This document shows, in pieces, positions 36,501 to 46,327 of a DNA stretch of 64,000 nucleotides (the stretch's first letter is position 1; each line of letters begins with the position of its first letter). The DNA comes from Thraustochytrium aureum (taxonomy: Eukaryota): positions 1 to 64,000 of the forward strand of contig BLSG01000132.1 in assembly GCA_012862495.1 (NCBI GenBank). The letters run 5' to 3'. Under the pieces are notes generated by a model. The model did not search any database. It was not told the origin of the DNA and was given only the letters and a program-made list of their open reading frames with translations. A program made the position numbers and the translations under genes.

Positions 36501-37217
36501 CAGGGCAACCACGGCGACGGGGTCCGTGGCTCCAAACATGGCCCCGAAGAGGAGCCCCTCGGCCCAGCCCCACCCGTAGCCAAANNNNNNNNNNNNNNNN
36601 NNNNNNNNNNNNNNNNNNNNNNNNNNNNNNNNNNNNNNNNNNNNNNNNNNNNNNNNNNNNNNNNNNNNNNNNNNNNNNNNNNNNNNNNNNNNNNNNNNNN
36701 NNNNNNNNNNNNNNNNNNNNNNNNNNNNNNNNNNNNNNNNNNNNNNNNNNNNNNNNNNNNNNNNNNNNNNNNNNNNNNNNNNNNNNNNNNNNNNNNNNNN
36801 NNNNNNNNNNNNNNNNNNNNNNNNNNNNNNNNNNNNNNNNNNNNNNNNNNNNNNNNNNNNNNNNNNNNNNNNNNNNNNNNNNNNNNNNNNNNNNNNNNNN
36901 NNNNNNNNNNNNAGGAAGATGAACAAAAGCACCTCGGGCTCGAGGTCGCGCCACTGGTCGATCGAGTACGAGAGCTTGCCGAGCCCGCTGCTGGTGGCGG
37001 CGTGCACGGCACCGACCGCCATCCCGCCCATGAAGACGAGCAGAGTGAAGGGGAGCTTGAGCGTTTTCGGAAAGTTTCTCTTGGCGATGGAAATGCCGAC
37101 CCCAAGCGCGAGCGCGAGAATTGTGAAGGAGCCAAGCTTGGTCACATCTTCGTGGGTTCCGTGGGCGCCCGCGTCGCAGGCCTCCCCTGCGATATCGGCA
37201 GCTTGCGTGCCGTTCAT
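33516..37217 (-). CDS. CPA1 Na+/H+ antiporter, SOS1/NHX7/SLC9C-like, with a cyclic-nucleotide-binding-like domain
   Basis: ATDPVAVVALL, LIEGESLLNDG, HVSGVIGVV, SGLRGAIGL, LAINGTT. Long cytosolic tail with a cNMP-like region (LMIIVKGKVRL...GDALG..AFVSGRPYTFTAVC). Gap at 36585-36912. Confidence 0.92.
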   Translation of the reverse strand: MNGTQAADIAGEACDAGAHGTHEDVTKLGSFTILALALGVGISIAKRNFPKTLKLPFTLLVFMGGMAVGAVHAATSSGLGKLSYSIDQWRDLEPEVLLFIFXXXXXXXXXXXXXXXXXXXXXXXXXXXXXXXXXXXXXXXXXXXXXXXXXXXXXXXXXXXXXXXXXXXXXXXXXXXXXXXXXXXXXXXXXXXXXXXXXXXXXXXXXXXXXXFGYGWGWAEGLLFGAMFGATDPVAVVALLHELGAPETLSVLIEGESLLNDGVGFVLFSVFFENLSGRSSYTPGEIILKVCASSFFGMLVGVGMGLLGLLALQQIWDDTVVGVGVTVVIVWATFLIAETLHVSGVIGVVFLGLVFAAYQDGYIQHEVALSLKRFWKKVEYMVNTVLFAFSGLVIINILIQADATYRMTLRDLLNLFLLFVAINVIRFISVIALYWPLARLGYGLSWRRLLVVSYSGLRGAIGLIAALLVVEECTCAPPNEDGSSATAEDGTPVVCLVFATQSQMVFHMAGIVLMTLAINGTTTKYLVSYLGLNKQGEAAQAFFEKATVHVHDHMDYAVESLKRHPHYKNADWDVVWKHMPILSRQVYDERKRMGVPHMRETFTVLKHIDKISKDRFACDAHSAPSNDTNDNNDNNDEEEPSVHGQRVVVPKRSPSRMEIDLEENEVARGVSVEELQIREARFRFLSLVKASYRRQFQEGANRSWPALQVLIEAASRCQDYPDRPLNEWDDHIKRYVDSPQIWMVPYCNRNPNAAHLADAYNVAATFVRAHKSVVAPFKHFIHETTADVVEAVLEENASMIRKALSYTELIEQEHPEIASSVKTNVAIQRLLKEMENYAHKMLDRAEIDEKDLETIEHALEESRRDLRQLRPPGPQTKFQVLRNSSFLLDVEEDIVDMITAFSTSTVKSTGDSCSPRGGLCDSLMIIVKGKVRLEFEGGVELEKSAGDALGAVAFVSGRPYTFTAVCQTSVEVLELSFRLLRDIVERSSPVAYNVYREAGLIILESLFPQFQFATFNLLKSVLPHVRILKGGRTLTRESVGGKSAFNAHGSLEHMHGSSHRRHSLIPVSRPIIFHGGLVIVLKGNIVPAGGRGANKPIELLSGVVPTAPLHLEEGSILMHVNQAAITQIEDYIAFEQREGGGAGLMRHNHSVLSSRHVAVKPPTLAPLKGSQGAKASAFARKSSPAAPSNGVDEDDHVVEKSAETLRSVNSRSSQSSEVSAWSFKSTSSMEDYL

Positions 37218-37488
37218 TTTCGCTGCGTTCTGCCCGCCCTATTGCCGTTCCAGCGCGCGGCCTCGACCGCAGCGAGCGCAGTCGAGCCTTGGCGTGCCTC
37301 AAGGCGCCGTCCCGCGCAACCGCCTCGCCGCGCAACCAGACCCTCCCCTGGGCGCGATTCTTGCGTCCCCGCAAGCAACTCCAAAAACTGGAGCGAACTG
37401 GAGCGGACAACAGCTCAGGTTTCGGCCGCTGGCGCGTCAGGCCGTCTCGCGCGGCCGCTCTCTCTGCCCCGTCGCAGTGCTTGCTCGC

Positions 37489-37518
37489 TCGCAAGCGGTC
37501 GCAAGCGGTCGCAAGCGG
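37489..37518. repeat. 10-bp tandem repeat (TCGCAAGCGG) x3 upstream of the antiporter
   Basis: Three perfect copies. Confidence 0.85.
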
Positions 37519-38670
37519 CAGCCCTTCAGGGTTTGTTGCTCTGCTCGATTGGCGGGCTTGTACACGAAACGCGTTGATTCTGGTCGTGCGGCCCCAGCGG
37601 CGACGAATGCAAGCGCCAAGCAACTTGAAAGTTGACTTTCAAGTCAAGCGCTTCAGTGGGGCTCGAGTTGGTTGAGCCGTCTGAATTCTGCGCGGGAAGT
37701 ACTCCAACCGCCCTTTCTCCTCATGCGCTGCGTGGTGCGCGTGTGTCTCATTTGTGTGGGAGGCAGAGCAGCCCGGCTTGCCCGCCGCCTCATCAAGCCC
37801 AATCCTGCCTGACCTCAGGCTGACCCGGCTCTGAGTCGGGCTGCAGCCTCTAGATGTTTCAGGGGGGGATGAACGCGCGCCGCGGTCTCTTGAATCTTTG
37901 CTATCTCCGCTCTGCTGCGTGCTGCACACCCTGGTGGCCTCGTCTGTTGACCACAAGGCGTGCGCTTGCTTCGTCGACACTGCCAGAGTGCCGCACGGGT
38001 GCCAACGAGCCGGCCAGACTCGGTCAGAGAGCCGCCCGCTGGTGCAACTCGAAGGTGCAAGCGAACAACTTGTTGAGCTTGTGTGCGTCAGAGGGTGGCA
38101 CCGCGCTTGTAGCGTGGTCGTGTCGTGTGGCGAGGCACGGTATCCAAATCGGCAGAATCGCCCGGCGGCTTCGCGTTGTTCGCCCAGGCCAGACCAAAAC
38201 GATGGTGAAGCGTCCAAAAAAAGCCTGGAAAAAGATTCGCAGCGCGCCCAGCAAGCCGACGAAGCGCACAGACCCCGCGGCACGTAGGTAGCGTCGGCAA
38301 TCATCAACGTGCCCACTCGAGCGCTCGCTGTACGAAGGCACGTCTTCTCCAGGCGTTGCGAGAAGGGAGCCGAGGCCAGGCAAGGTGAGTTTGTCGCGCG
38401 GCAGCGTTGACGAGGTACGCTGGGTGCTGCCATCCGCTGACGACCGAGGCGCGCTGGCTCAGCAGGCANNNNNNNNNNNNNNNNNNNNNNNNNNNNNNNN
38501 NNNNNNNNNNNNNNNNNNNNNNNNNNNNNNNNNNNNNNNNNNNNNNNNNNNNNNNNNNNNNNNNNNNNNNNNNNNNNNNNNNNNNNNNNNNNNNNNNNNN
38601 NNNNNNNNNNNNNNNNNNNNNNNNNNNNNNNNNNNNNNNNNNNNNNNNNNNNNNNNNNNNNNNNNNNNNN

Positions 38671-39968
38671 CTTCACCAAGATGGCCAAGAGCATGAGCGA
38701 CGCGCTCGAGGAGACGGTCAAAGACGCCGTCGACGACGTGCTGAAGAACGACGAAAAGCAGGCCCCACCACCGGCCTCCGCCCCTCGCGCCGAAGGCGGG
38801 CTCGACGGCGAGTTTGACGACAAGATCAAAGTAGCGCTCCCTGGCGTGATCCGCATGATATCGGGGTGCGCCGACCACCAGACCAGCGCAGATGTGAGCA
38901 ACACTGCGTCGTTCGAACTCCCAGAGGACGCTGGCCCGGGCGGGGCGGGCGGGGCTTGCACCAGCGCGTTGCTCTCGTCGCTGAACGACAACGACGACCG
39001 GACGTGGGTCCAACTGCTCGACTCAATGCGCGTCATCCTGAAGGCGAAGGGGTTTGAGCAGATCCCGCAGCTCAGCTCGAGCCGCAAGATGGACATGGAG
39101 TCGGGCAAGTTCTCCTTGCTCAACCCGCAGGGGGCGGCAAGCGCCGCGCGGTACTCATCGGTATCAACTACGTGGGCCAGCGCGGAGAGCTGCGCGGGTG
39201 CCACAACGACGTGCTCTCCATGAAGCTGTTCATCGAAAAGCACGGGTTTCAGGAGGACGAGATTCGGGTTCTGATGGACGACGGCCAGAGCCTCTCGCCG
39301 ACGGGGCAGAACATCCTGGAGGCGTTTGACTGGCTCGTCGATGACGCAGAGGCCGGCGACTCCCTCTTCATGCACTATTCGGGCCACGGCGGCTACGTGA
39401 ACGACACGAACGGGGACGAGGCTGACAAACGCGACGAGACCGTGGTCCCCGTCGACTTTAAGGAGGCTGGGCAAATCATCGACGACGTCATCTTCAAGGA
39501 GCTCGTAATGCCCGTGCCTGCTGGCTGCCAGCTTACCTGCGTGATGGACTGCTGCCACTCTGGAAGTAAGTTGTTGCCTTTGCGGCTGCCTCCGGCGCTT
39601 GTCCGTCCGAGTGTTGCGTTCTGTAGCTAACAGGCTGTTTGGCCCGATCGCGCCCACCGCCGCGGCCCACAGGCGTCTTCGACCTGCCCTACTACGTCAA
39701 GGCGACCGAGCAACTCGAGGGCACGAATGCGCAAATGCAGCAGAACCCGGGCTTTAGCTTTCAGCAGCTCCTTTCCATCGCCAAAAAGCTGTACGCGCTA
39801 AAGTCGGGCGGTGCGTCCAGCAGCGAGCTCGCCCAGCACGCGGCTAAGGAGATCATGCCGATGCTCATGTCTGCCAAGAAGCCGCAGGGCGGCCTTGGGA
39901 ACCTCATGTCGATGTTTGGCGGGGCAGCGGGCGGGTCGTCTGGGGGCCTTCCCTCGCTTCCCTTCTAG
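38671..39968 (+). CDS. Type III (p10-p20 permuted) metacaspase; frameshift near 39131; intron 39566-39672; 5' end may lie in gap
   Basis: p10 motifs MISGCADHQTSADV, GGACTSALL, FEQIPQLSSS come first. p20 motifs (K)RRAVLIGINY..QRGELRGCHNDV, FMHYSGHG and MDCCHSG follow. Splicing GTAAGT..CAG gives DCCHSGSVFDLPY. Confidence 0.9.
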
Positions 39969-40253
39969 CAGCTCTTTCCCTTGAGGGCAAGGAAGCCGAA
40001 CGGACGGCGGATAGGGGCCGACGGCTTGTAAGCGCCGAGCGCGGTGAGCGCTCGAGTACAATCGATGATTTTTTTCCCTTGCTCCGGATTGCGCCGCTTG
40101 CACGCGAGGGCGCGCGGAGATGCTCGCGCTTGTGATTTCGCTTGCTCTATTAGCTCTCTCTTTAGAGTTAAGTAGAAAGGAACCGCTCTCGTGCTCTAGC
40201 TAGCTCGCTTGCTCTAAAGAGCTACCTCGCTCGCCGGGCGACCCGACCCGACG

Positions 40254-41893
40254 TCAAGGTTTGCGGAGCCCCGCCGCGCGCTGGACCGTCGGGCCATTAA
40301 GCGACGGCGCATTGTACAGAGTCGCGACGCTGACCGCCAAGGCAAAGAGCGCAAGCCAGATCAGGGCCAAGATGTCGTCGTGATAAGATGTCGAAATTTC
40401 ACGCACTAGCCCGAAAGCGATGTGGCCGAGCCCCCCACCGAGGCTCTCAAACATGGAATAAATCCCAAAAGGCCGTCCCAAGCGCCTCGCTGGGCACGAC
40501 GAGAGGAACTGCGCTCTTGACGAGCGTCGGTGTCGTCGACGTCGAAACGGAGAGGAAAACCATGGCCACGACAGCTCGTGTCGAGGTAAGCGCAGGTTGC
40601 AAAAACAACGCATACCCCACTACAGCAGCCACCGCAGACACGGCGCAAATCGTGACGCGGCCGCCGTACGCATCAACGTATATGCCAACGAAAGGCGCCA
40701 AGAATACCGGGAGAAGCGAGTCCAAGCTCGCGATGAGCCCTGCGTGCGCCGGGGTGAGGTGGGCGCTCTCATGAAAAAAATCGGCAGCGAATCCACCGAA
40801 CAAGTTGTGGAGGTTGCTGAAGACAAAAGTGCAGCACGCCGACGAGCCAAAAGGCCAGCGGGAGCGTCCGCACGCGCTCCTTTTGCACCAGGAGCACATA
40901 GTGGAGTCGGTTTCGATGATGGTCGCCGGCTTCGGGGGCGCGCTGGGCGTCGTCCGCCTCCTCCGGGAGCTGCATCGCGCCATACCAGCTCACGGCAGAG
41001 CTGGAACGGACTCTTTCACTCCGTTCGCCTTGGCTGTCAATCAACGCATCAAGCTCCTCGCCCCCCGAGGTGCGCCGGTCCTCCGGGTTGCGGGGTGAAC
41101 TGCGAGCCGACCCAGGAGGCGCGGCGCTCGCCCCTCCCCGCTGCAGGGCGAAGACGAACTGGTCGGTTTCGCTCTTCACGAAGAGCATGTAGATGAATGC
41201 GACGACCACGCTGAGGAACAAGAACGCGCAGCCGACCCACAGCGCGCTGATGGCGCCTCCATAGCGCTCGGCAAAGAGCGCTGGGAGAGCCTTGCCCACC
41301 CAGTTGGCAAGGTAGTGGACGCTCTCGGTAAACCCGATCGAAAAGGCCATTGTGTCGCCCTCAAACCAGGTCCCGATGATCGCACCCTGCACAATGCCCG
41401 TGCCGCCTTCGCCAAACCCGTACACGATTCGGCCGGCCAGCGCCGGCGCGAAACTAGCCAAGGGCGGCGTCACAAAAACGCAGAACAGGACGTGCCCCAG
41501 CAGGGCCACCGAGGTGAACAGCATTGCACTAAACTCGTGGCCCTTCTCGTCGACCACCATGCCCGCCAAAAACGGCAGGACCAGGTTGGGCCAGCTCACC
41601 GCCCCCAGAAAGGCCCCAAACTCTGCGTGACTAAACCGCGGCGCCTTGCCGCTCACCGGCGGCGCGCTCGCCTGGTTCGTCGCGTTGGGGGCCTCGTAGC
41701 GCTCCGCCGCCCCGTCCACCGCCTGCCCGCCTGCGCCGTCCGCAGCCTCCTGCACGGCCGCGGGTGGCCCAGACTCCTTGACCAGGTACGACTTGAGCGG
41801 CCCCAGCGAGTGCTTCAAGTAGTGCGCCCCGAACGGGATCAGCGAGGCGCAGACCAGGACCACCAGGCGCGTCCACGCCGAAAGCCTCGCCAT
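40254..41893 (-). CDS. MFS transporter, MFSD1-like; frameshifts near 40825 and 40468
   Basis: SWPNLVLPFLAGMVVDEKG, GRIVYGFGEG, WFEG..MAFSIG, APFVGIYVDAYGGR, VPLVVP..ALGTAFGI. ATG at 41893. Confidence 0.8.
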
Positions 41894-42350
41894 CCTCGCA
41901 GGGCCCGGCCGCGCCGCCAGCCCCGTCCTCCCCAGCCGCACGGCTCTGTTCTTTCAAGATCAGCAGCTGAATCAAGCCCTCATCAGCGCTCGCTCGCCTG
42001 CTCATCATCTCATGCAAGCACTGCAAATGCCTGTCTGCATCTCCGAATAGCTCTCTGTTCTCCACCCGCCGCACCGAACAGTGAACTGGTTCTCCAGCAC
42101 ACGTGGAAGGCATTCTTTGTTCGTACGAAACGGTCATGTCGACGAGTTGGGAGGAGTTGGGCTGGCAAGCGAGCAGAGCCCGAAGGAGCCCGAGGAAGGC
42201 GCGGACACCGGAGCCCGCCCAGGGCCCGAGCGAGTTGTTGAGCCCGAGGCTGGTGCAGGGCTCGAGCGAACGGTTTGTGGCGCCCGCGGTGGCCTTGGAG
42301 GCACCAAGGTTCTGCGGCGTGGAGCCAACCCAGGCACTGACCGAGCCTTG

Positions 42351-42530
42351 GAGCACGAAGGTGTCGTGGGGCCCGGGGCCGGTCTTGGGCAAGAAGGTGT
42401 CGTCGAGCCCGGGGCTAGTCTAGGACACGCAGGTTTCGTGGAGTTCGGAGCGCGCGCAGAATACGAAGGTGCCGTGGAGCCCACACAAGGGAACCGAAGG
42501 CGTCGTGCAGCCCAGAGTCGCTGGGCAAGA
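42351..42530. repeat. Degenerate ~36-bp tandem repeat (about 5 units)
   Basis: Units centred on GAAGGTGTCGTGG/CGAGCCC: gaaggtgtcgtggggccc, gaaggtgtcgtcgagccc, gcaggtttcgtggagttc, gaaggtgccgtggagccc, gaaggcgtcgtgcagccc. Confidence 0.65.
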
Positions 42531-42623
42531 GAGAATCGGAGAGCTCGCTCGGCTGGGGCGGGCGTGTGAGGCGTTGGCGCAGGCGACGCGGTTGCTTGGG
42601 CCGCGCGCAGCGGCAGCGGTACA

Positions 42624-44989
42624 ATGGACGTCCCAGTATTTTATCGAATCAAAGACCCGATCCAAAACTTTCGCGTCAGGGTGGACGTCAAGTGCGTGAT
42701 CCAGGGGTACGTCGCAGCGAAGACGAGCAAGCGGGCTGGCGTCCAAGATTCCTCTGGGGAAAAGCACGGCTCAGAGGACGACCGCTCCAACCAAAGCGAG
42801 TCTGAGGACGAAGCTGAAGACGCAGCAGGAAGCGGCGAGGAAAGCCAGCCCACCAGGGACGCGAAGCGCAAGAGCCGCAAGGCAGCAAAAGGAAGAAGGC
42901 AAAGGACCTTGCGCCCAACGCCGGGCCGCGGGAATGGAGCGAGACCTTCACGTGGCAAGAGAAAAAGTTTGGCCCTCGCGAACTGCTTAAGTACCTCGAC
43001 ATCGACGAGAACGGCAAGGTCCGGGACGGCGCCGGGCTTGGGCGCACGGCGACAGAGGCAGAGTACCGCGAGCAGATCTCGCGGCGAGCGCGGTACGGAG
43101 AAGACCTTTTAGCTGACGTTTCGCGCGTGATGCTCTTCACGTACACCGACAAGGACGGCTTTGTCCCCAAAAACGAGATCACCAAATTCGTCACAACGTC
43201 AGAAGAGTTTGTGCTCAACAGCGTCGCGGAAAGCATTGTGACGATCCCGGAGACCGGCGGCGTCGTTGGAGGGACCGGCGGCGGAAGTGAGACCGGCGGC
43301 CGCGGCGGCTCGGATGAGAACAGCAACACTGAAAACAGCGCAGATGTTCCTGGCGGCGTCTACGGCGGCGACGATGGAGACTTTGCAAGCCTGTCCAACC
43401 AGTCCCGAAGCAAAGCGCGCCTCGAGGTAAGCGCGGGGCAGCGCCTGTTCCGCGAGAGCCCTTTCAAAGTGTTCTACTTGATGGCGGCGGTGGACGTGGA
43501 CACAGGCGAGCTGCGCAGCGTGCGGCAGCGTGCCGGGTTCGGAAAGGCCCGGGCCGAGGGACAGGGCGACGAAGAGCCGCTGCTGGAGCGGCGCGACAAC
43601 GCGGGGCGGCGGTTCTACGAGGTTGTTCTCTGCACCGTCAAAGTCAATCGGGAAGGGAGCATGGTGGAGATGAAGCCCGGGTTTTCGCGGAGCAAGTACC
43701 TGAATGGGGCACAGAGCACGCACGCCGTCAGCGGGCGAAACGGCGACACGACCTGGTACCAGTTCAAGACGCCGCAAGGCAGCGTGTACGAGTACTGCCT
43801 GGTAAACGAGGCAGACTCGTCGGACCCGTTGCTCGAGACCGAGATCAACACAATCCAGCGCGAAAACACAGAGAAGCTCGTCGCTGCGCTGGACGGCAGA
43901 GTGAACAACGTGCTCTTGGGAGGGCCGCCAGAGCCGCGCAACGTGGTCTACCATATCCGCTTGGAGGTCGTCTCCGCGCGCGGATTCGAGAACGCTGCTT
44001 CGGACCAGCTCTACGTTCAGTACGAGGTGCACTTGCCCCGGAACCGACGGTGGGCGTGGCTCGGGGCTTCGCACGCTGGGCTCGTGGCCACGGGGGGCGA
44101 AGGCGATGCCAACGTGCCCCTACAAGGCGTGACGCAAACCTCGCGGGCTCGCTACGTTGCTTGCCGCCGTGGCCCAGGGTTCTTCAAGCGACTCGGTGCT
44201 TGCAGCGCGGGCAGTCGCGACCGGGACGGCGGCGCGCACGAAGACGATGACGACCACTGCGAGGACAATGACGAGGCGCCGTGCCTGGTCGCGCACTATT
44301 GTTTCCCGGTGGAGATGCAGGTCATGCTGCGCCCGGGTGAGCCCACCCCAGACGAGCTCGACATGCCAGAGCATGAGATGCCCAAAGTGTACTTCCAAGT
44401 CAAGAGTCGGGACATGTGGGAACGGCACCGCGCTGAAGGCTACGGACATGTCGCGCTTTCCAGCCACGCCGGCTTTGCCGAGTTCGAGATCAAAACCTGG
44501 AAGGTTGCCGGCTCGCTGCGGCAGCGTGCGAGCGAGTTTTTTGTCGGCGGCGCGCTTCAGCTCGACTCGTCCTTGTACACAGCGTTTCCACAAACGCACC
44601 AAGGCCCGTTCCTAAACAGGTACGGGTTTCACAGCGAGACCGCAGGAACGCTACGCGTTCGAGTGAACACGGTGATTCACGGCCACGTCGAGTCCAAGCT
44701 GACGCATCAGCTTGATGCCAGGGAGCGCGAACGCCGGCGTAACGGAACGGCTTCGTCGGTGCTGGACGAGAACCAGGCAGCCAACCCACGGTCTGCGCAG
44801 ACCAGGCGGCGGACTGTGACGGAGATCCTCAACAGCCTCAAGTTTGGTCGGAGCCTCAGCGGCAAAACGTCGGCGGCATCGCCTGGCGGATCGGCGGCCC
44901 GCAACTCGGACCTGCTCGCATCCCTCAATCGCGTGCAGGCGCAGCGTGAGCAGGAAAAAGAGCTAACCGAGTCCGAGTCGAGTAAATAA
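42624..44989 (+). CDS. MKS1: Meckel syndrome type 1 protein (ciliary transition zone, B9-C2 domain); frameshift near 42890
   Basis: N-terminal YRIKDPIQNFRVRV, FTWQEKKFGP, LFTYTD; B9 domain EVVSARGFE..LYVQY...GVTQTS...HYCFP...PKVYFQV.SRD.W.R.R.EGYG...FFVGGA...LNRYGF.SETAG.L.VR. Confidence 0.88.
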
Positions 44990-46327
44990 GAATCCCCGCC
45001 GTTTTGTCTGTCGCTGTTGTTGTGCGTTGGCTCGCCGATTGTGAGCTCGGACCGGCTGGCTCAGGCTGCTCCGAGGCTCTCGAGCGTGCTCTCTGCCATC
45101 TTTCAGTCATTCCTTGAGATTGTCTGTCTGTCCTTGATCGAGTGGGGTGTGCACCTCGAAAGCTTGGGAAGTGGAGGAGTTGTACTACTAGTAGAGTGAG
45201 AAGTAGGAGTGAGAAGTAGTGCACAGAGAGCTCGCCGACTCGGCGGCTCTCTCGGAACGTACGGCCCCGGGGCGGCTCGAGAAAGTTGAAAGTGGCAATG
45301 CACGCTGGCCTTTTCCAACCCAGGAAGTANNNNNNNNNNNNNNNNNNNNNNNNNNNNNNNNNNNNNNNNNNNNNNNNNNNNNNNNNNNNNNNNNNNNNNN
45401 NNNNNNNNNNNNNNNNNNNNNNNNNNNNNNNNNNNNNNNNNNNNNNNNNNNNNNNNNNNNNNNNNNNNNNNNNNNNNNNNNNNNNNNNNNNNNNNNNNNN
45501 NNNNNNNNNNNNNNNNNNNNNNNNNNNNNNNNNNNNNNNNNNNNNNNNNNNNNNNNNNNNNNNNNNNNNNNNNNNNNNNNNNNNNNNNNNNNNNNNNNNN
45601 NNNNNNNNNNNNNNNNNNNNNNNNNNNNNNNNNNNNNNNNNNNNNNNNNNNNNNNNNNNNNNNNNNNNNNNNNNNNNNNNNNNNNNNNNNNNNNNNNNNN
45701 NNNNNNNNNNNNNNNNNNNNNNNNNNNNNNNNNNNNNNNNNNNNNNNNNNNNNNNNNNNNNNNNNNNNNNNNNNNNNNNNNNNNNNNNNNNNNNNNNNNN
45801 NNNNNNNNNNNNNNNNNNNNNNNNNNNNNNNNNNNNNNNNNNNNNNNNNNNNNNNNNNNNNNNNNNNNNNNNNNNNNNNNNNNNNNNNNNNNNNNNNNNN
45901 NNNNNNNNNNNNNNNNNNNNNNNNNNNNNNNNNNNNNNNNNNNNNNNNNNNNNNNNNNNNNNNNNNNNNNNNNNNNNNNNNNNNNNNNNNNNNNNNNNNN
46001 NNNNNNNNNNNNNNNNNNNNNNNNNNNNNNNNNNNNNNNNNNNNNNNNNNNNNNNNNNNNNNNNNNNNNNNNNNNNNNNNNNNNNNNNNNNNNNNNNNNN
46101 NNNNNNNNNNNNNNNNNNNNNNNNNNNNNNNNNNNNNNNNNNNNNNNNNNNNNNNNNNNNNNNNNNNNNNNNNNNNNNNNNNNNNNNNNNNNNNNNNNNN
46201 NNNNNNNNNNNNNNNNNNNNNNNNNNNNNNNNNNNNNNNNNNNNNNNNNNNNNNNNNNNNNNNNNNNNNNNNNNNNNNNNNNNNNNNNNNNNNNNNNNNN
46301 NNNNNNNNNNNNNNNNNNNNNNNNNNG

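Noticed and set aside
37640..38468. Several 100-145 aa ORFs between the antiporter and the metacaspase
   Set aside because: No recognisable motifs, non-ATG starts and no codon bias; probably intergenic.
42351..42530. 36-bp periodicity considered as a CRISPR array
   Set aside because: Units are degenerate and contiguous with no unique spacers, there are no cas genes, and the context is eukaryotic.
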